Positions 1 through 12,400 are shown, numbered from the stretch's first letter. The stretch is DNA of 64,000 nucleotides from Entomortierella parvispora E1425 (GCA_020891255.1 BQFW01000002.1:3472001-3536000); one strand, 5' to 3'. Numbers and translations are program-made. The notes: a model not told the origin generated them from the sequence alone.

Positions 1-182
1 TAGGAGAGGTGCGGAAGTCTGGGGCAAATAATCAAAAGCCGTGGCGTAGGTATGCAGCAATATAAATCCTCCGCAGTTGGGGTTTGACTTGCTGCATACC
101 CATCCAATATTGACAACACGCCTTGCAGTAAAAACCCAAACAATAGCGACACAAAGAATGAAAGAGAGAGCGATGGTCGTAC

Positions 183-257
183 GTTAGGATGGCATTCAAT
201 GTCCGAGTCATCCGAGACCTCAAAGTCGTCCCATTTGGAGTAGTCGATGGCAGACAT
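183..257 (-). CDS. CDC37: Hsp90 co-chaperone Cdc37, first coding exon (gene continues off the left edge of the window)
   Basis: Not in the ORF track. The minus strand from ATG at 257 reads MSAIDYSKWDDFEVSDDSDIECHPN, followed by a GTACGA donor at 182. This matches the characteristic Cdc37 N-terminus (IDYSKWDxxExSDDSDxExHPN). Confidence 0.88.
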
Positions 258-1770
258 GGCTTGTCTTGTGAATCGTGATGGGTAAGGATGGAGTGGGAGG
301 GGATGGGGTTGGATTGAAGTAAAGAACAATGGTTGCAACACAGATGCACCTTCGCGCAAAAGAATAATCTCGAAATCTCGAAGTAAGTCACGTGCACTGC
401 ACCAGCCCCTTTGGGTCAGATGGACGGAGCGCGTCTTTCTCTCCTTTCGCAAAAGATCAGATCCCCGTTCTTCCTGGCACCCACCCGTCCTGTTCCTTCA
501 GGTCTCGATCAAGTAAAGGATGCGCGTGGTGTATTGCCCAGTTGCTCAGTCAATGAACGGGTCCTCTTCTCTTTTATTTTATCCCTCAATTAAGAGCTCG
601 TTCAGTTCGCTCGACAGACAGACAGACAGACAGACAGACATCGGACTTTGAGTTGAACTGCACTGACACTGCACTGCACAGCATGGTTGCACTGGGGAGG
701 GGCATCGCGCCTCACGATGAATCCGCTGGAGCCAGGCAGACAGCCAGACAGTCAGACAATTACCTGGCTGGGCTCTCGCACCGCAACGATTGTTTTCCAT
801 CCGCTTCGATCTCTGCTCGGTGCGGTTCTGCTCTCGAAATTGTCAGTCTATTTTCATCTTTCCGTCGCAGTCGCAGTCGCCCTGCTGGTGCCTGGAGTGG
901 AGAGACAGGAAGAAGGGAAAGAACAGAAAGAACAGAAAGACAATCGGTCCTCCTTCTCCTTCTCCCTTCCTTCTTTTCTTTCCTTCTTTCGCTTGATTGA
1001 ATTCCTTCATTTCACCCCCTACCCCATCTCTCAATTCATCTTCCGAGTGGGCATGTCCCTTTTGTAACGACCCAACCACAACCCCCTTGCTTGTTCGTAT
1101 GTGATGACATCGTACGACTCACGACCCCATTTTATGACATAGACCTCTTTCTTTTTATTCTCTTACGACCTCGGCCTTTTCTTCTTGACCGACCCTTTTT
1201 TTTAAGCCCTTCCCTGCGTTCATATCTCGTTCTGATCTGCATTCTCCCCTCTGTTTGCTGTTCGACCGCCTGCCCTTTGACAGCACCACTCCACACCTCC
1301 GTCAGACACACGCAACAAAGTGGTTTTTGAGGAGAGCAGCAGCATTGCACCATTGACGTGTTTCTTCTCCTTGCCTTGTGCTTTTCCCTTCCTTGTTTGT
1401 GCCCAGAGGGTCGATAATCCTCCGCTGTGCCTTTGCCTTCCTGCAATTGCTCTAACAAACAGCCTCCGCTTGGCTCGTGAAGTGGACGCACGTTCATCTT
1501 CCCACTGACACGCGGATCTCCATCAAAAAGAAACAAAGCGTCCTTCCCTTCCCTTCCCTTCCCTTCTTCCCTTACTTGCTGCATCTATCTATCCCCCACC
1601 CATCCACTGCCACCCGCCTCTTCTTCTTCTTCTTCCCCTCCCTCTTTCCCCCCCCCTTTTTTTCCATCCCACCTTTGTCCAACCTCTTTATTCTTTTCCT
1701 CTCCACATTTCAATCCATCTCAAAAAGAACCCCTCATTACATCCTTGGCATCCACTCTTCTTTGCTTCCA

Positions 1771-3705
1771 ATGCCACAGCTCTTAGAATCCACGCGATCC
1801 TTCCTAAAATCATCAACGCGACTGGGCCGACGCATGAGCAACAAGGACGAATCGGCCGACTCTTCGACCGCGACCGAGACCTCCTCCAACACCGATCACA
1901 ACCTCCACTACTATTCCAATAACGGCGCTGTCCGTGCAGCTTCTGTCAAGGACGACACGACCGCATCCACAACCACCCATCGCCCCTCCACCCACAACCG
2001 TCTCTCGGGTTTGTTCTCCCGGAAATCCCTGTCAGAGGAAAACTCTAGGCCGACCACCCCCCTACATGGGCGCGGTTCCGGTGGGTGCGTCACTGTTGGC
2101 GGTGCAAAGATTGGGCCAGAGGAGGCCCAAGAGGTCATGATGGTCGTATCTGACGACAACACCTTTGGTCAGCCACAAGTCCTCAATCAACGCCATATCG
2201 TCCTTGATGTCGGCGCCAAGGACGCAGAGGCGAAGCGGAGGGACAGTAAGAGTAGCGAGCGGACCCATCAAAGCATCAAGAGTCGACAGAGTCACCAAAG
2301 CCAACTAAGCAACAGCTCCAAGAATGGAGGATCCAGGACCGAAAAGAATAACGGCGCCGGGAATGTGGCGGCCCTGGCCCATCACCAGGATGGTTCTTCC
2401 TCGTCCCCAGAACGACACCGACGCTCGCACAGACAGCGCGAGCACGCCTCTGCCCATATGGAGAACGAAGTGCCCAGAGGCCGTTCGCCAACCTTGTCCA
2501 TGTCCAACTCTGTTAGTACAACTTCATCCTCTTACGGCGGTCACTCCCCTTCGTTCTCAATGACCCACAACGAAGACCCTGCATCCAGCCTCCACAGCTT
2601 CAGCCAACCATCAGCCAACAGCAACAGTGCCCAAGACATCAAGTTGTACCAAGCCCATGTTTGGAGACGGAACTTGCTAGAAGAAAGCATCATGCATTCG
2701 TTGCGCCTTGGATACGCAGACCGCCATCGCTCTTCCTCAAGACATCGATCGCGACATCAAAACACGGGCAGCAGCGATAGTCACGGGTATGGAACTGCTA
2801 TCCCCAAGAAGAAATCCTCAAGAGCACGAAAAACGCGGGAACAGGCTATCCTGGCGGCCGCCATGGGAAAAGAATTGCCTCCTTTCCCTGTGGTTGCCAG
2901 TGCCGCCTCTTCCTCCGATTTCCCAGCAACAGCAGGATCGTCTCATGATATCATTCTAGACAGGAACATTCAGAGCGAAACCCCACAACGAAACCACAAC
3001 ATTGCTCAGTCAGGACAAACATCAACCACAAAAACAACAACAACGGGAGGGAGCCAGTTCCTGAAAACAAAGAATAGTCCCTACCAGCTGGATAACTATA
3101 GCCATTCCATGACCAATATCCGGAATTCGATTGCCAGCTTCACGCTCGAATTGCCAGAACATCGCGCCTCACATGTCATGGCCTCGTCCATGATCCCCAA
3201 CTTGTTCCGGGTCAAGGCCAGATCTTCTCATTCCTCACCAAGCGCGACGACAGCTGCTGCCAACGCGGTGGCTGCCGCTACAAGCACACTGGCCTCGATA
3301 GCGGAAGCGAATGGCATCAGCTGCAGTAGCAGCTCCAGCAGCAGACGCAATTCAAGAACGCACTTGGGCGCTACGGCGTTGGGACCCTCGCCACGCGTTC
3401 TGCCAGGTGGTGCCATGAAGAAGCCATTGCCCCCACTCCAGATCGTAGACCCTCTCTTCCCTGGCTCTTCTAGCGCATCAGTTCGTTCCAAGAGCGCGAT
3501 ATGCCCTGGAAGCGATGATCAAGAGGACGATGAGCCCGTGTCACCTGCGACCCAAGATTGGGTCGAGTCCGTGTTTGCGTCGCTTGACCAGGTCAAGGGA
3601 TTTGGTGGTCAAGATCAAACCGACGTAGTACGCGTCCCTGCCAATGCCGATAACCTTGCTCACTTGAAGCGTGATACGACTCATGGTGTGTCTGTGTCCT
3701 CTTGA
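1771..3705 (+). CDS. Hypothetical Ser/His-rich low-complexity protein (~644 aa)
   Basis: Long ORF 1477-3705. The first 98 codons are a CT-rich promoter-like tract, so the likely start is ATG 1771 (MPQLLEST). It is mostly disordered, with one ordered-looking block LYQAHVWRRNLLEESIMHSLRLGY. No recognisable domain. Confidence 0.7.
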   Translation: MPQLLESTRSFLKSSTRLGRRMSNKDESADSSTATETSSNTDHNLHYYSNNGAVRAASVKDDTTASTTTHRPSTHNRLSGLFSRKSLSEENSRPTTPLHGRGSGGCVTVGGAKIGPEEAQEVMMVVSDDNTFGQPQVLNQRHIVLDVGAKDAEAKRRDSKSSERTHQSIKSRQSHQSQLSNSSKNGGSRTEKNNGAGNVAALAHHQDGSSSSPERHRRSHRQREHASAHMENEVPRGRSPTLSMSNSVSTTSSSYGGHSPSFSMTHNEDPASSLHSFSQPSANSNSAQDIKLYQAHVWRRNLLEESIMHSLRLGYADRHRSSSRHRSRHQNTGSSDSHGYGTAIPKKKSSRARKTREQAILAAAMGKELPPFPVVASAASSSDFPATAGSSHDIILDRNIQSETPQRNHNIAQSGQTSTTKTTTTGGSQFLKTKNSPYQLDNYSHSMTNIRNSIASFTLELPEHRASHVMASSMIPNLFRVKARSSHSSPSATTAAANAVAAATSTLASIAEANGISCSSSSSSRRNSRTHLGATALGPSPRVLPGGAMKKPLPPLQIVDPLFPGSSSASVRSKSAICPGSDDQEDDEPVSPATQDWVESVFASLDQVKGFGGQDQTDVVRVPANADNLAHLKRDTTHGVSVSS

Positions 3706-5653
3706 CCTTGACAAACAAAAGCACAAAAGACACACGTTCCGACTTTGTCATACTTTGTCGTATTCTTTTCTCCTTTTTTTTCCCTTCTTTCCCTCACCCG
3801 ATGTTGACAACACTAATCAGTAGGCGGGTTCCCTACGATTGTTCAGAATTTGTAGACACGATAATCATAATAAAAAAGGATGCCCTAAGGTTGTCCTGAA
3901 CCCCTTCACACCGCTGCCCTGCAAAAAAAAAAATCTTGTCCGCATGATCCATCGCATGACCGTAACCTCACTCCTGGTTCCAAAGTGCAGATCAGATCCC
4001 GTTCCATCCAATTGCCCCTCCGTGTCGCCACTTTTTTAAGTTGCAGGGGAGAGATCTGGAGAAGGGACAGGCTGGCCACCGTGAAAAGGTCCAAAGCTAG
4101 GCTCTAGAGTGACTTGCCTGTTGGAAAAATGTGAGGAAGGGAGAGGACACTCTAGGATCTTTTTCCGTTCCCATATGAAGCATGCGAGTCGAGTTCATTC
4201 TGTGTTGAGCGCGCCTTGGTATTATTCTTTCCTGCCAATCTCGACAAACTAGTCCGCAACATTGGCCACCCTTTCTTGTCATCTTGCCGATGCCATCAAA
4301 AGAGGTCAGAGTAACAACACCAAAAAGAAACCCGCGAAAAAAAAAGATCGTCCAAGAGAGCACAAAGAGTAAGCTCTCATGAGGGGATGAAGATAGAGAC
4401 TGTGCTGTAGCAAGAGCTCTTTTGGAGAGAAGAGGTGGGAACATTGACACGTTCATGGTTTTTTTTACCTCCCTAGCTCTTGTGTGCGACAGCCCTGTGA
4501 AAAAAAAACAACACAATAATGAACTAGAAATTGATGTGTGTCTTCTTGTACCTCACAATCTTAATCATCTCCCCATATCCACATAAAGTCATTTTCGCCT
4601 CTTGAATGCCACACAGTACCTGATCTTACGCCCTGGAAAGGAGGCAAGGGAACCGGAGGTGCAATTGCTCGCGTGCCTAAAATACTGCAGCCCTTTGGGT
4701 GGGCTGAAGGGGGAGGAGTTTGGGCGCAAGCCAAGAATTGCCATTCCGATGAGGGTTCGGCTATTGTGCTCAGGGCTCCGAAAAGCTTGACACCACACGA
4801 CCAACATTTCCCCATTTTCTATTTTGTCTCGTCAAGACACGAAAACGAGAGAGCCTATTATTATTGTGTTCTTGCCATTCGAAAGAAGAAAAAAAAAAAG
4901 GACGCTTGCCATAACCCCCTCGTCCTCCGCCAGCGAAATCGACTTCTTTTGCTTCCAAATGGATTGAAGGAGGGACGGGAAGAGGATAGGATGGACAGTG
5001 GCCACCATTTCTTCAAACCTCACAACGCTGATGTAAGGGAATTGATATTGGGAATTGGACCCATGACTTGAGAGACGCTTCCGGTTCTTCTTTGCTTCAG
5101 GCGATCTCTTCAGTGACAAACGTATGTTCTTGGACTTCTTTCAGCTTGAGGGATAACTTTGGTTTATTTCTTTGTTTGAAAGGGGGGTATGGTACAAGGA
5201 TTTAGGGTAGAATAGGGTACTAATGGTGATGCTGTTGTTGTGCTGTTGAGTTGGTCGGTCCCTGGAGGATTGAAAGAAGGGTGCGGCGTAAAAAAAAAAA
5301 CGAAGAGATGGGAACAAATTGGAGTTCCTGCCGAACATTTGAACATGACCAAAGAGGTGATTGGGCTCCCACACTGGGCCGCCTCCGCTCACTCCTTGCA
5401 CCTCTCTGTTCCCTGTAGGCGCCCAAAGCTGAGTGTACACTCATGTTGATACTGCAAATGCGCAACCGAGGGTCGTCGTCGAGATTGTCGTCAGGCTCAC
5501 TTCCATCCGAAAAAGAAAACATCCAGTCTGTCCATGGCTTTTGCATGAATTTTTCGACACTGTGCTCGTCGTCCCTTTTTTTTTTTTTTTTTTTTTTTTT
5601 TGGCTCTCCTGGTGGGGTATGTCGACCGATGGAACGCAGCAAGCAACAACTGT

Positions 5654-6307
5654 TTAGGCAGTCGTCACCCAAAAGAGATCGTCCTGTTTCTTGTTTGCAA
5701 GAGATCCTGATCGCTTGAGACTCTTGTAGTCGCGTGCCCAGCTCTGGAGCAACTCTCGGCGTCGCTTCATGAGGCTGTCGAGTTCTTGCAACAGGTTCGT
5801 CCGCTTGGTGGTCAATTCATCCTTGCTCAGCGTCGACATTTCGGGGAAAAGAGAAAAGATATCCGTTGACTGGACTGTGGGTGATGAGGGCTGGCTGTTG
5901 TTCAGTTGTTGTGTGATGAGGGCCAGCTGATCCTCGATAGCCTTCTTCTCTCGATCAATGGCATCCAGATCGGTGTCGATCCTCTTTCCACTGACGGGGG
6001 ACATGATGGCGTTGGCGGAGCCAAAGGGAGACCCGGGAGGGGTGGATCGCTGCTGCTGCGGTGAAGAGAGGTCGTCGTGTTCATTGTTCTGCTCAAGCAG
6101 TGCAGGGTCCACGATGACATTGATGGCTTGGCGTTCCTTGAGCTTGTTCTTGTTGGCAAGGTAGGCCTTGAGGGTGTTGTTGCGACGGAGACCGGTGGCA
6201 CCACCTGCAGAGGTGTTGTCTTGGCTTGTGGTGGTAGTGGTGGTCGTGTTCTCTGCTGGCTCGAAGGTTGAGGAGGCCATCGTAGGAGTAAGGATATTCA
6301 TGGCCAT
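5654..6307 (-). CDS. Hypothetical coiled-coil protein (217 aa)
   Basis: ATG-initiated ORF with protein-like composition and two heptad-like segments (DLDAIDREKKAIEDQLALITQQL; ELTTKRTNLLQELDSLMKRRRELL). Confidence 0.65.
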   Translation of the reverse strand: MAMNILTPTMASSTFEPAENTTTTTTTSQDNTSAGGATGLRRNNTLKAYLANKNKLKERQAINVIVDPALLEQNNEHDDLSSPQQQRSTPPGSPFGSANAIMSPVSGKRIDTDLDAIDREKKAIEDQLALITQQLNNSQPSSPTVQSTDIFSLFPEMSTLSKDELTTKRTNLLQELDSLMKRRRELLQSWARDYKSLKRSGSLANKKQDDLFWVTTA

Positions 6308-7877
6308 TGTGGAGTATGTAAGACTGTAGGGATGGCTATCTTTCTTTTGGCGGATAGGTAACTGGTGCTTCCTTTTTTCAGAGCGGGGAGTGGTGAAGAG
6401 ACTGACAGTGAGTATGAAAGTGAACGTGAAAGTAAAAGAAAAGAAAGAGGGAAAAGAAGGAAAGGAAAAGAAGGAAAGGGTCCACAGTACAGTCGGTTGC
6501 TTTTATATTCAGAAAGGACCCTTCTTCTTTGCCTTGACTGTCAGTCTGCCTGTCTGCATGTCTGCTGCTTGTCTGCCTGCCTGTTGGTTCTTGCGTTGCT
6601 GCTCTGCACTTTAACCTTGTTGACTCGATTCTGGTCTCCGAGAAACAGAGGCCAGATAGATGGAGGCCCTTCTCCTTTTTTTTTGTAGTTCGTATTTCCC
6701 ATATGTTCGTTCCCATGCCAAAGACCTCCCTCGCTTCGTTCGCATGCCTTCCTCCACAGTGCGTGTCGTATCCGTTGATCTTGCTCCTTCCGACCCCCTG
6801 TCTTTCTTCGTCCCTTCTTCCTCCTCCTGACTATGTTGTCGACGTAGAAAAAGGACAAAAATCGAGTCAAAAGCAGCCTAAGCTGCACCAGTCACACGAG
6901 CGGGGTTCCCGTTCTCTCGTCTGTCTCCCCATGTGGGCCTAACGATTGGTCACAAACGCCCTTACCCAGGAAAGAAGGAAAAAATAACTGAGCGCATAGT
7001 GTGGTGAAGGATGCACAAAAAATGAGCAAAGCTGCAAGAACGGGGTTCGTGAACGTGTGCACGCGATGTTCAGTAATCAAGCAACAGCTCAAAACCCTCC
7101 AACCCCATCCCAATACAGTAAAAAAAAAAGAAATCTGTGCATCGCCCCACTCAACCAGCGCAATCACGCTCCGCAGAGCAATGAGGAGAGAGCAGCTGGC
7201 TCATCATCCCCCTTTCTTACCTTTCAACGGAGGTCGCCGTGTGGACCTTTCAATGGCCCAACGTGGGGAGTAAGGGAGGAAGAGAAAGTAAAACGGTTCT
7301 ATTCTGCGGAATCATGGATCATGGATCATCTCAACAGAACGAACCCTTGGGATTTGGAGTGGCCTCCCCCTTTTCCGTTCCTGGTCCATCGCAGAACAGT
7401 GGTTAATTGAGACACAAATAACCTCGATGCAGGAGAAGTTACAAGGATCAAAGAAACCAAAACAGGCTTCTCCAGCAATGCAACCGTCCGCATGCATCCC
7501 TCTTAGATTACGCCCCCATGCCCGCCTCATTCTTTTAAAAGAGTCATCACCGTTGTCGTGATCCAAGGTTGTCCCAATTCTCCAAAAATACATCTCTGTC
7601 TTTTCTAGTTTGGACGTACACCACACCGTTTTCAGTTGGGTGGCTATTGCCAAGATCCAATCTTTATTTGCCCACCGCCACAGCCCTGGCACCAACGCCC
7701 AGGGTCCAGGCAGTCCAACGGTTTATTCCTATTGACATCATCTCCAAAGGTCAATTTTGTATCCGCGTTCCTGCGCGACTCAATGGGCAATCATCCATTT
7801 CCAGGGGACCGTTAGATCGAACCTTGCCTTTTCTTTCTCAAACTTTCCAGCTTTCAACAAGGAAGCTAGGAGGGGAT

Positions 7878-8567
7878 CTACTTGCGCGGAACCTTGACTG
7901 TAATAGTTTTGCGTTTCGCAAACGCCTCGTGTTTGTCTGGACTAGAGGTCAGGGGAAACTCGGGGATATATAGCGACCCAGGGCCATAGTTTGCGATCAA
8001 GGGCACAGGTCCAGAAATTGAGCCACCGTTGCTCCCACCTCGAATTTCAACATCGGCGCAATTCGAATACAACTCGCGGTTGCCCTGAGCATTGTTCCAG
8101 AGCCACATGAGCACTGCTTTGCCGTTGGGGGCATTCTTGGGGAGAGGTACCGAGACCGAGTAGGATTGACCAAGCTTAGTACCCTTGAGGCAATTCCGGA
8201 TCATTGTCTTCAGGACAACCCAGGTCTTGCCAGCATCGTACGAGATGGCCCATTGACAATGACCCCCGCCGTGTGAGGCACCGATGGTGTAGTCGGTTTT
8301 GATGGATTGGCCGGCTTTGAGGACGGTCCGAGTTTTGGATGGGACAGTGTTTTTGCAGAGAGGAAAGGTTTTGCCGCTGTAGGTGCCGATGGGGGCGTTG
8401 AGGTCATAGTCAATCTTTTGTCCCCCAGAGGGTTTAGGGCAACCCGCTCGGGGACTGGAGCGGGCACAGGGGTGAAGGAGTCCAACATGAGCTTCGACGA
8501 CGGCGTTGGAGCAGAGAAGTAGGGTGACCATCAGGAGAAAGAGAACGGAAAATCTTTGTAGTTGCAT
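7878..8567 (-). CDS. Secreted AA11-like lytic polysaccharide monooxygenase (putative chitin-active copper enzyme)
   Basis: The signal peptide ends ...VVEA|H, giving a mature N-terminal His. Second His in ASHGGGHCQ, and GNRELYSNCADV carrying the axial Tyr motif typical of AA11-type LPMOs. Single exon. Confidence 0.8.
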   Translation of the reverse strand: MQLQRFSVLFLLMVTLLLCSNAVVEAHVGLLHPCARSSPRAGCPKPSGGQKIDYDLNAPIGTYSGKTFPLCKNTVPSKTRTVLKAGQSIKTDYTIGASHGGGHCQWAISYDAGKTWVVLKTMIRNCLKGTKLGQSYSVSVPLPKNAPNGKAVLMWLWNNAQGNRELYSNCADVEIRGGSNGGSISGPVPLIANYGPGSLYIPEFPLTSSPDKHEAFAKRKTITVKVPRK

Positions 8568-9271
8568 AGTGTTGTTTTGTTTTTGAGTGACGAAATGATG
8601 GTAAGGGAGAAGGAAGGGGGGGAAAACAAAGAGGCACGCGTTTGACGGCGAAAAAAGAAAAAGCTCGGTAAAGTGAAGGAGAGAATGATATTTATCCTTT
8701 TCCTTGTCCCCCTGCAGAATGATGGTGCCTCGACCGTTCTTTTTTTTTGCCGCGACATTTAGAGAGAGAGGAGACCGACAAATATGGCCTCATAGGCATG
8801 GGTTCATTGTGAAGGAGCTTGTCGTTGAGGATTTCGCTTCTCCCCCCTTGAAATGTCACACAGCAATTTGCAATGGTCTATTGTCCATTTCGATTTGGGT
8901 AAAGCGCCAGCGCAGGAGATGGAAAGGAACAAAAAAGTATGTGAGCGAGGCGGATCGAGGAACGGGAAGTGGCAATGACAGAAGGAAGCTGAGACACAAT
9001 CGAACCACATGTACATGTACTCCAATTGTACCATCACCACACACCACATTTTGCTGTTCCACAACTGAGAAGATCGGCGGGTTCGAGATGTGGAGGAGAT
9101 TTGCCACACGAGTCTGTTTCACAAACACGTTCTGACAATTGGAAGGTGTCATCTTCAACTTGCAGTGCCTGTAACTTCCTAGAAGCCGTGTTGTTGCCTG
9201 CTAGTGCATCTACATTGTGCAATGACATTGTTTCGAAGAGGTGAATGTCAGGAACATGCCTCGCTCACCGA

Positions 9272-9287
9272 CCCAGAGACAGAAGAC

Positions 9288-9290
<3 letters not shown>
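9272..9290. repeat. Target-site duplication, left copy (CCCAGAGACAGAAGACAGT)
   Basis: Exact 19 bp match to 19094-19112; directly abuts the poly(T) run. The final T is shared with the tail, so the TSD is 18 or 19 bp. Confidence 0.95.
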
Positions 9291-9320
<30 letters not shown>

Positions 9321-9331
9321 AACATTTTATT
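9290..9331 (-). other. LINE poly(A) tail (29 A) with upstream AATAAA
   Basis: Plus strand has T29 at 9290-9318 and TTTATT at 9326-9331, i.e. AATAAA 7 nt before the tail on the element strand. Confidence 0.9.
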
Positions 9332-9477
9332 TGCTATGTCGAGCCAAAGAAGTGAAGTGCTAGACCAAACTATCTACAACCTGAGCAAAGCCGCGTGGTC
9401 CAGACGAACAAAAGACCCCGGATCCCCGCGCAACAAATGCCACGGCTCGTCACCGTGTAATAAAGAAGAGTAAAATG

Positions 9478-12400
9478 TTACAAAAAATGGATCTTCCCCA
9501 TCTTTTCTAATGTCGATAAGTGAACCTGGCCACGCACACAAGCCAGTAAGCGCTGGTCGGCCAGCGTGGGATTGTCTTGGGCACCAGGGCAGAGGCCTTG
9601 GTGGTGGTCGGTGTTAGGCTTTCCGCATTGGCAGGTGTCTGGTGGTAAGATCGTACCAGAGGCATTGTTCCACGGTTGCCCAGTCTGGGCTTGCTTCTTC
9701 ATCTTGGGGCGGATACCTTGTGTCTTCTCCCATGCAATAGTCACTTCGCAGCGCGTCTTCCAGAGCCGAGCTAGGGCATCCCTGTCCAGACGACGAATAA
9801 ACTGATGAGCAACTGCGACCACGACAGAGCGTGGGCCTTTCATAATTGGCCTCCAGGCCTCGATCAGAGCCGAATGGAGCAGTCCTTGGTAAGCAGTGAT
9901 GACAGAACAAGCCGATGCCAACGGAGCTTTGAGCTGTCCCTGCTCAGGGGGTCGGAAGGCTGACAAGTCATGAAAAGCAGAGTAAAGTGATGCCCACAAG
10001 AGCGTGTCCGATGGTTGGTACCATTGGAGTCGTTTCGGGGCTGCAACGTTGGGTGTGCGGGCTTGTTGCTTGCGATGTCTGGTGTCAGCGTCCTCATTGG
10101 CTTTCCTGATAGCGGCCCTGCCCCACTTTGGTATGGAAGCCACCGCATCCGCCCAAATCAGTTGTTGTTGATTGTATGAGTTTGGACAAGTCCACACATG
10201 GTCGTTGTCCTCTGGGGCTGCACGACACAGGCAACAGAGTGCGTCTGCGTACATATCTGGGTGTCGCGCCTGCATGACTGTGAGTGTCGGAAGCATCCCA
10301 TGGAGTTTTTTGATGTGCTGTGTGCGTCGTGACGTGTCCCCGCGGCTGCTGAAGAAAGTATGGACTGGCCGTTTGTCGTGGATGATCGAAAGAGCAGATC
10401 GCCACTCCACGTCTGTCAAGTCACTAATAGATCGCTTGACACGTTTCTGCGCTGTCCACTGTTGATGTCGACGGATAGTAGTCTGCTGTTTAAGAAACTG
10501 CCGCAAATCTGACTCCAGTTGTTGACCGTGGCACGAGGCTGTGAAGGTAATGTCGTTTTGAGTGCTGAAGTCCGCATGCCATGGTGTCGTGTCCTGCTCG
10601 ACAGCGTTGGTAGCAATCGCGTCAGCCATATCGTTTCCCTTGTCACCACTGTGTCCTCGAACCCATTGCACCGCTGTCCGGCCCTCTCGTTCTGCCACCA
10701 CTGTCGCCAAAACTGCCCAGAGGCATGCATGTGTTGCCCGTTGTCGCTTTCGTGGAAGTGTTTTGTGCCGGTCCAGGACTAAGTCGTGATATTGAGTAAC
10801 GACACCCTCATTGTCGAGGCGGACCAAAATGTCTTGCCCTGGAGGCATGGCGACGATCGCAGCAATAAGTCCCATAAGCTCGGCTTTGCCAGAAGAGGCT
10901 TGTCCATCTGTGCGGCCAGGGATAGAGTAAGAGGTGTCCGTGGAAAAGTCAGCCACGCCAAAGGCCATAGCGCACTCTTCAGTACCTGCTCGGACCATCG
11001 AGCCGTCCGAGTATAGGACTCGCTGGTCTTGTGTGATTGGTGATTGACGAAGCTGGTGTAAGAGTTCGGCTTGGGTTCGGGGCATCCACAGCGGGCCTAC
11101 TTTGACAAGGTGGTTTTGCTGTGGGAGAGGTAAAGTAGGAGGTGAAATGTGAAGAGTATGAACAACACTTGGATCAATGGTGACCGTAAGTGGATGTTGG
11201 TGCCGTCCAATACGTTCTCTGTTGGTGATTACATCCTGGTCCCGCTCCTCCGCAGCCCAGGAGATGTACTCGGCTCTGATAAGCTGCCTTTCTTCTGCCG
11301 CCTCCAGGTGTTGTTGGTGTTTGTTGTCTGCGTAGTCGTGTGCGTCCTGGATTTTGTGAGCAAGTCTATCTGCAATGTGTCCGAGCTGGATCTGAGCACG
11401 AGCCTGCAACACTCGGAGCCCCCGCTTGGCAATACTCTCGGCCGCTTTGATGGCCTCGGCTAACCTTTGCGGGTTCTTGGCTAGTTGGCGGCGGTAACGG
11501 GCAGCATGGACCTGAAGTTCTTGACGCCTCTTATCCACTGCAGACTGCAACTCTTGGATGATCTTGGTCCGGGCAGGAATAGTGCCCACGTCGGCTGCAT
11601 TGAGCCGTGAGGTCAGCTCGTCGTCAAGCCAGCGTGATTCAGCTCGCAACAACGCGTCTGCCTCTGGTGGCAGTCGCGCCAAGTACGTCGTAGGCGGGGT
11701 GTCAACGACAAAGTTGTTGTTAGCATCTATACTAGCAGAGACTGAACGCGAGACATTGGTTAAGCCGACAGTAGTTGCGGTGTCAGGAAAGAGACGGCGG
11801 AGGGTAGGGGCTGCAACAAAGTAAGGTGAAATAGAAGAAAACTGAGAAGACAAAGATTGCGAAGATAACGGTGCTGATAAGGATGGAGAAGAAGGTGATG
11901 GTGAACAGATAGGTGACGATGGAACAATAACAGGGAGGGGTGAAGGGGGTGAAAAGGAAGGGTCGCTTACTCCCGAAGACAATGACGAAGAAGATAGAGA
12001 AGAAGAAGGTGACGATGAAGAAGGTGCAAATGAGGAAGAAGAAGAAGAAGAAGAAGAAGAAGAAGAAGAAGACAAAAAAGAAGAAGGAAGGGAGCGCGAC
12101 CTGGGCTCGTATGGTCCCTTTTTCTCTTTTGGCTCTTTTTTTGTTGTCTGGTCTTTTTGGCTGTGAGGGTGTGCAGACCGTGCAGTAGGTGGGTTGTGCC
12201 TTGCCTTTTGTCGGATGGGGTGACGTGAGCCTTTTTGTTGTTGTTTGGGTTCTTTTGCCTCTTTTTGTTGTTTCTTTTTGTCCTGCACGGTCTTGTTTGC
12301 ATCTTGTCCACACTCCCCACTCTTGTTCCGCACCACCGTTCCCACGCGCGCCTCGCTCCAGTCCTCTTCCTCTTGAACCTGCTCGCGCGCTGCCTCTTTT

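Noticed and set aside
32-397. 121 aa minus-strand ORF from the track
   Set aside because: Wrong frame. The real coding signal is the 75 nt Cdc37 exon (257-183) in another frame, followed by a splice donor.
5220-5672. 150 aa minus-strand ORF with poly-Lys
   Set aside because: The poly-Lys comes from a T homopolymer in the 3' region of the adjacent gene.
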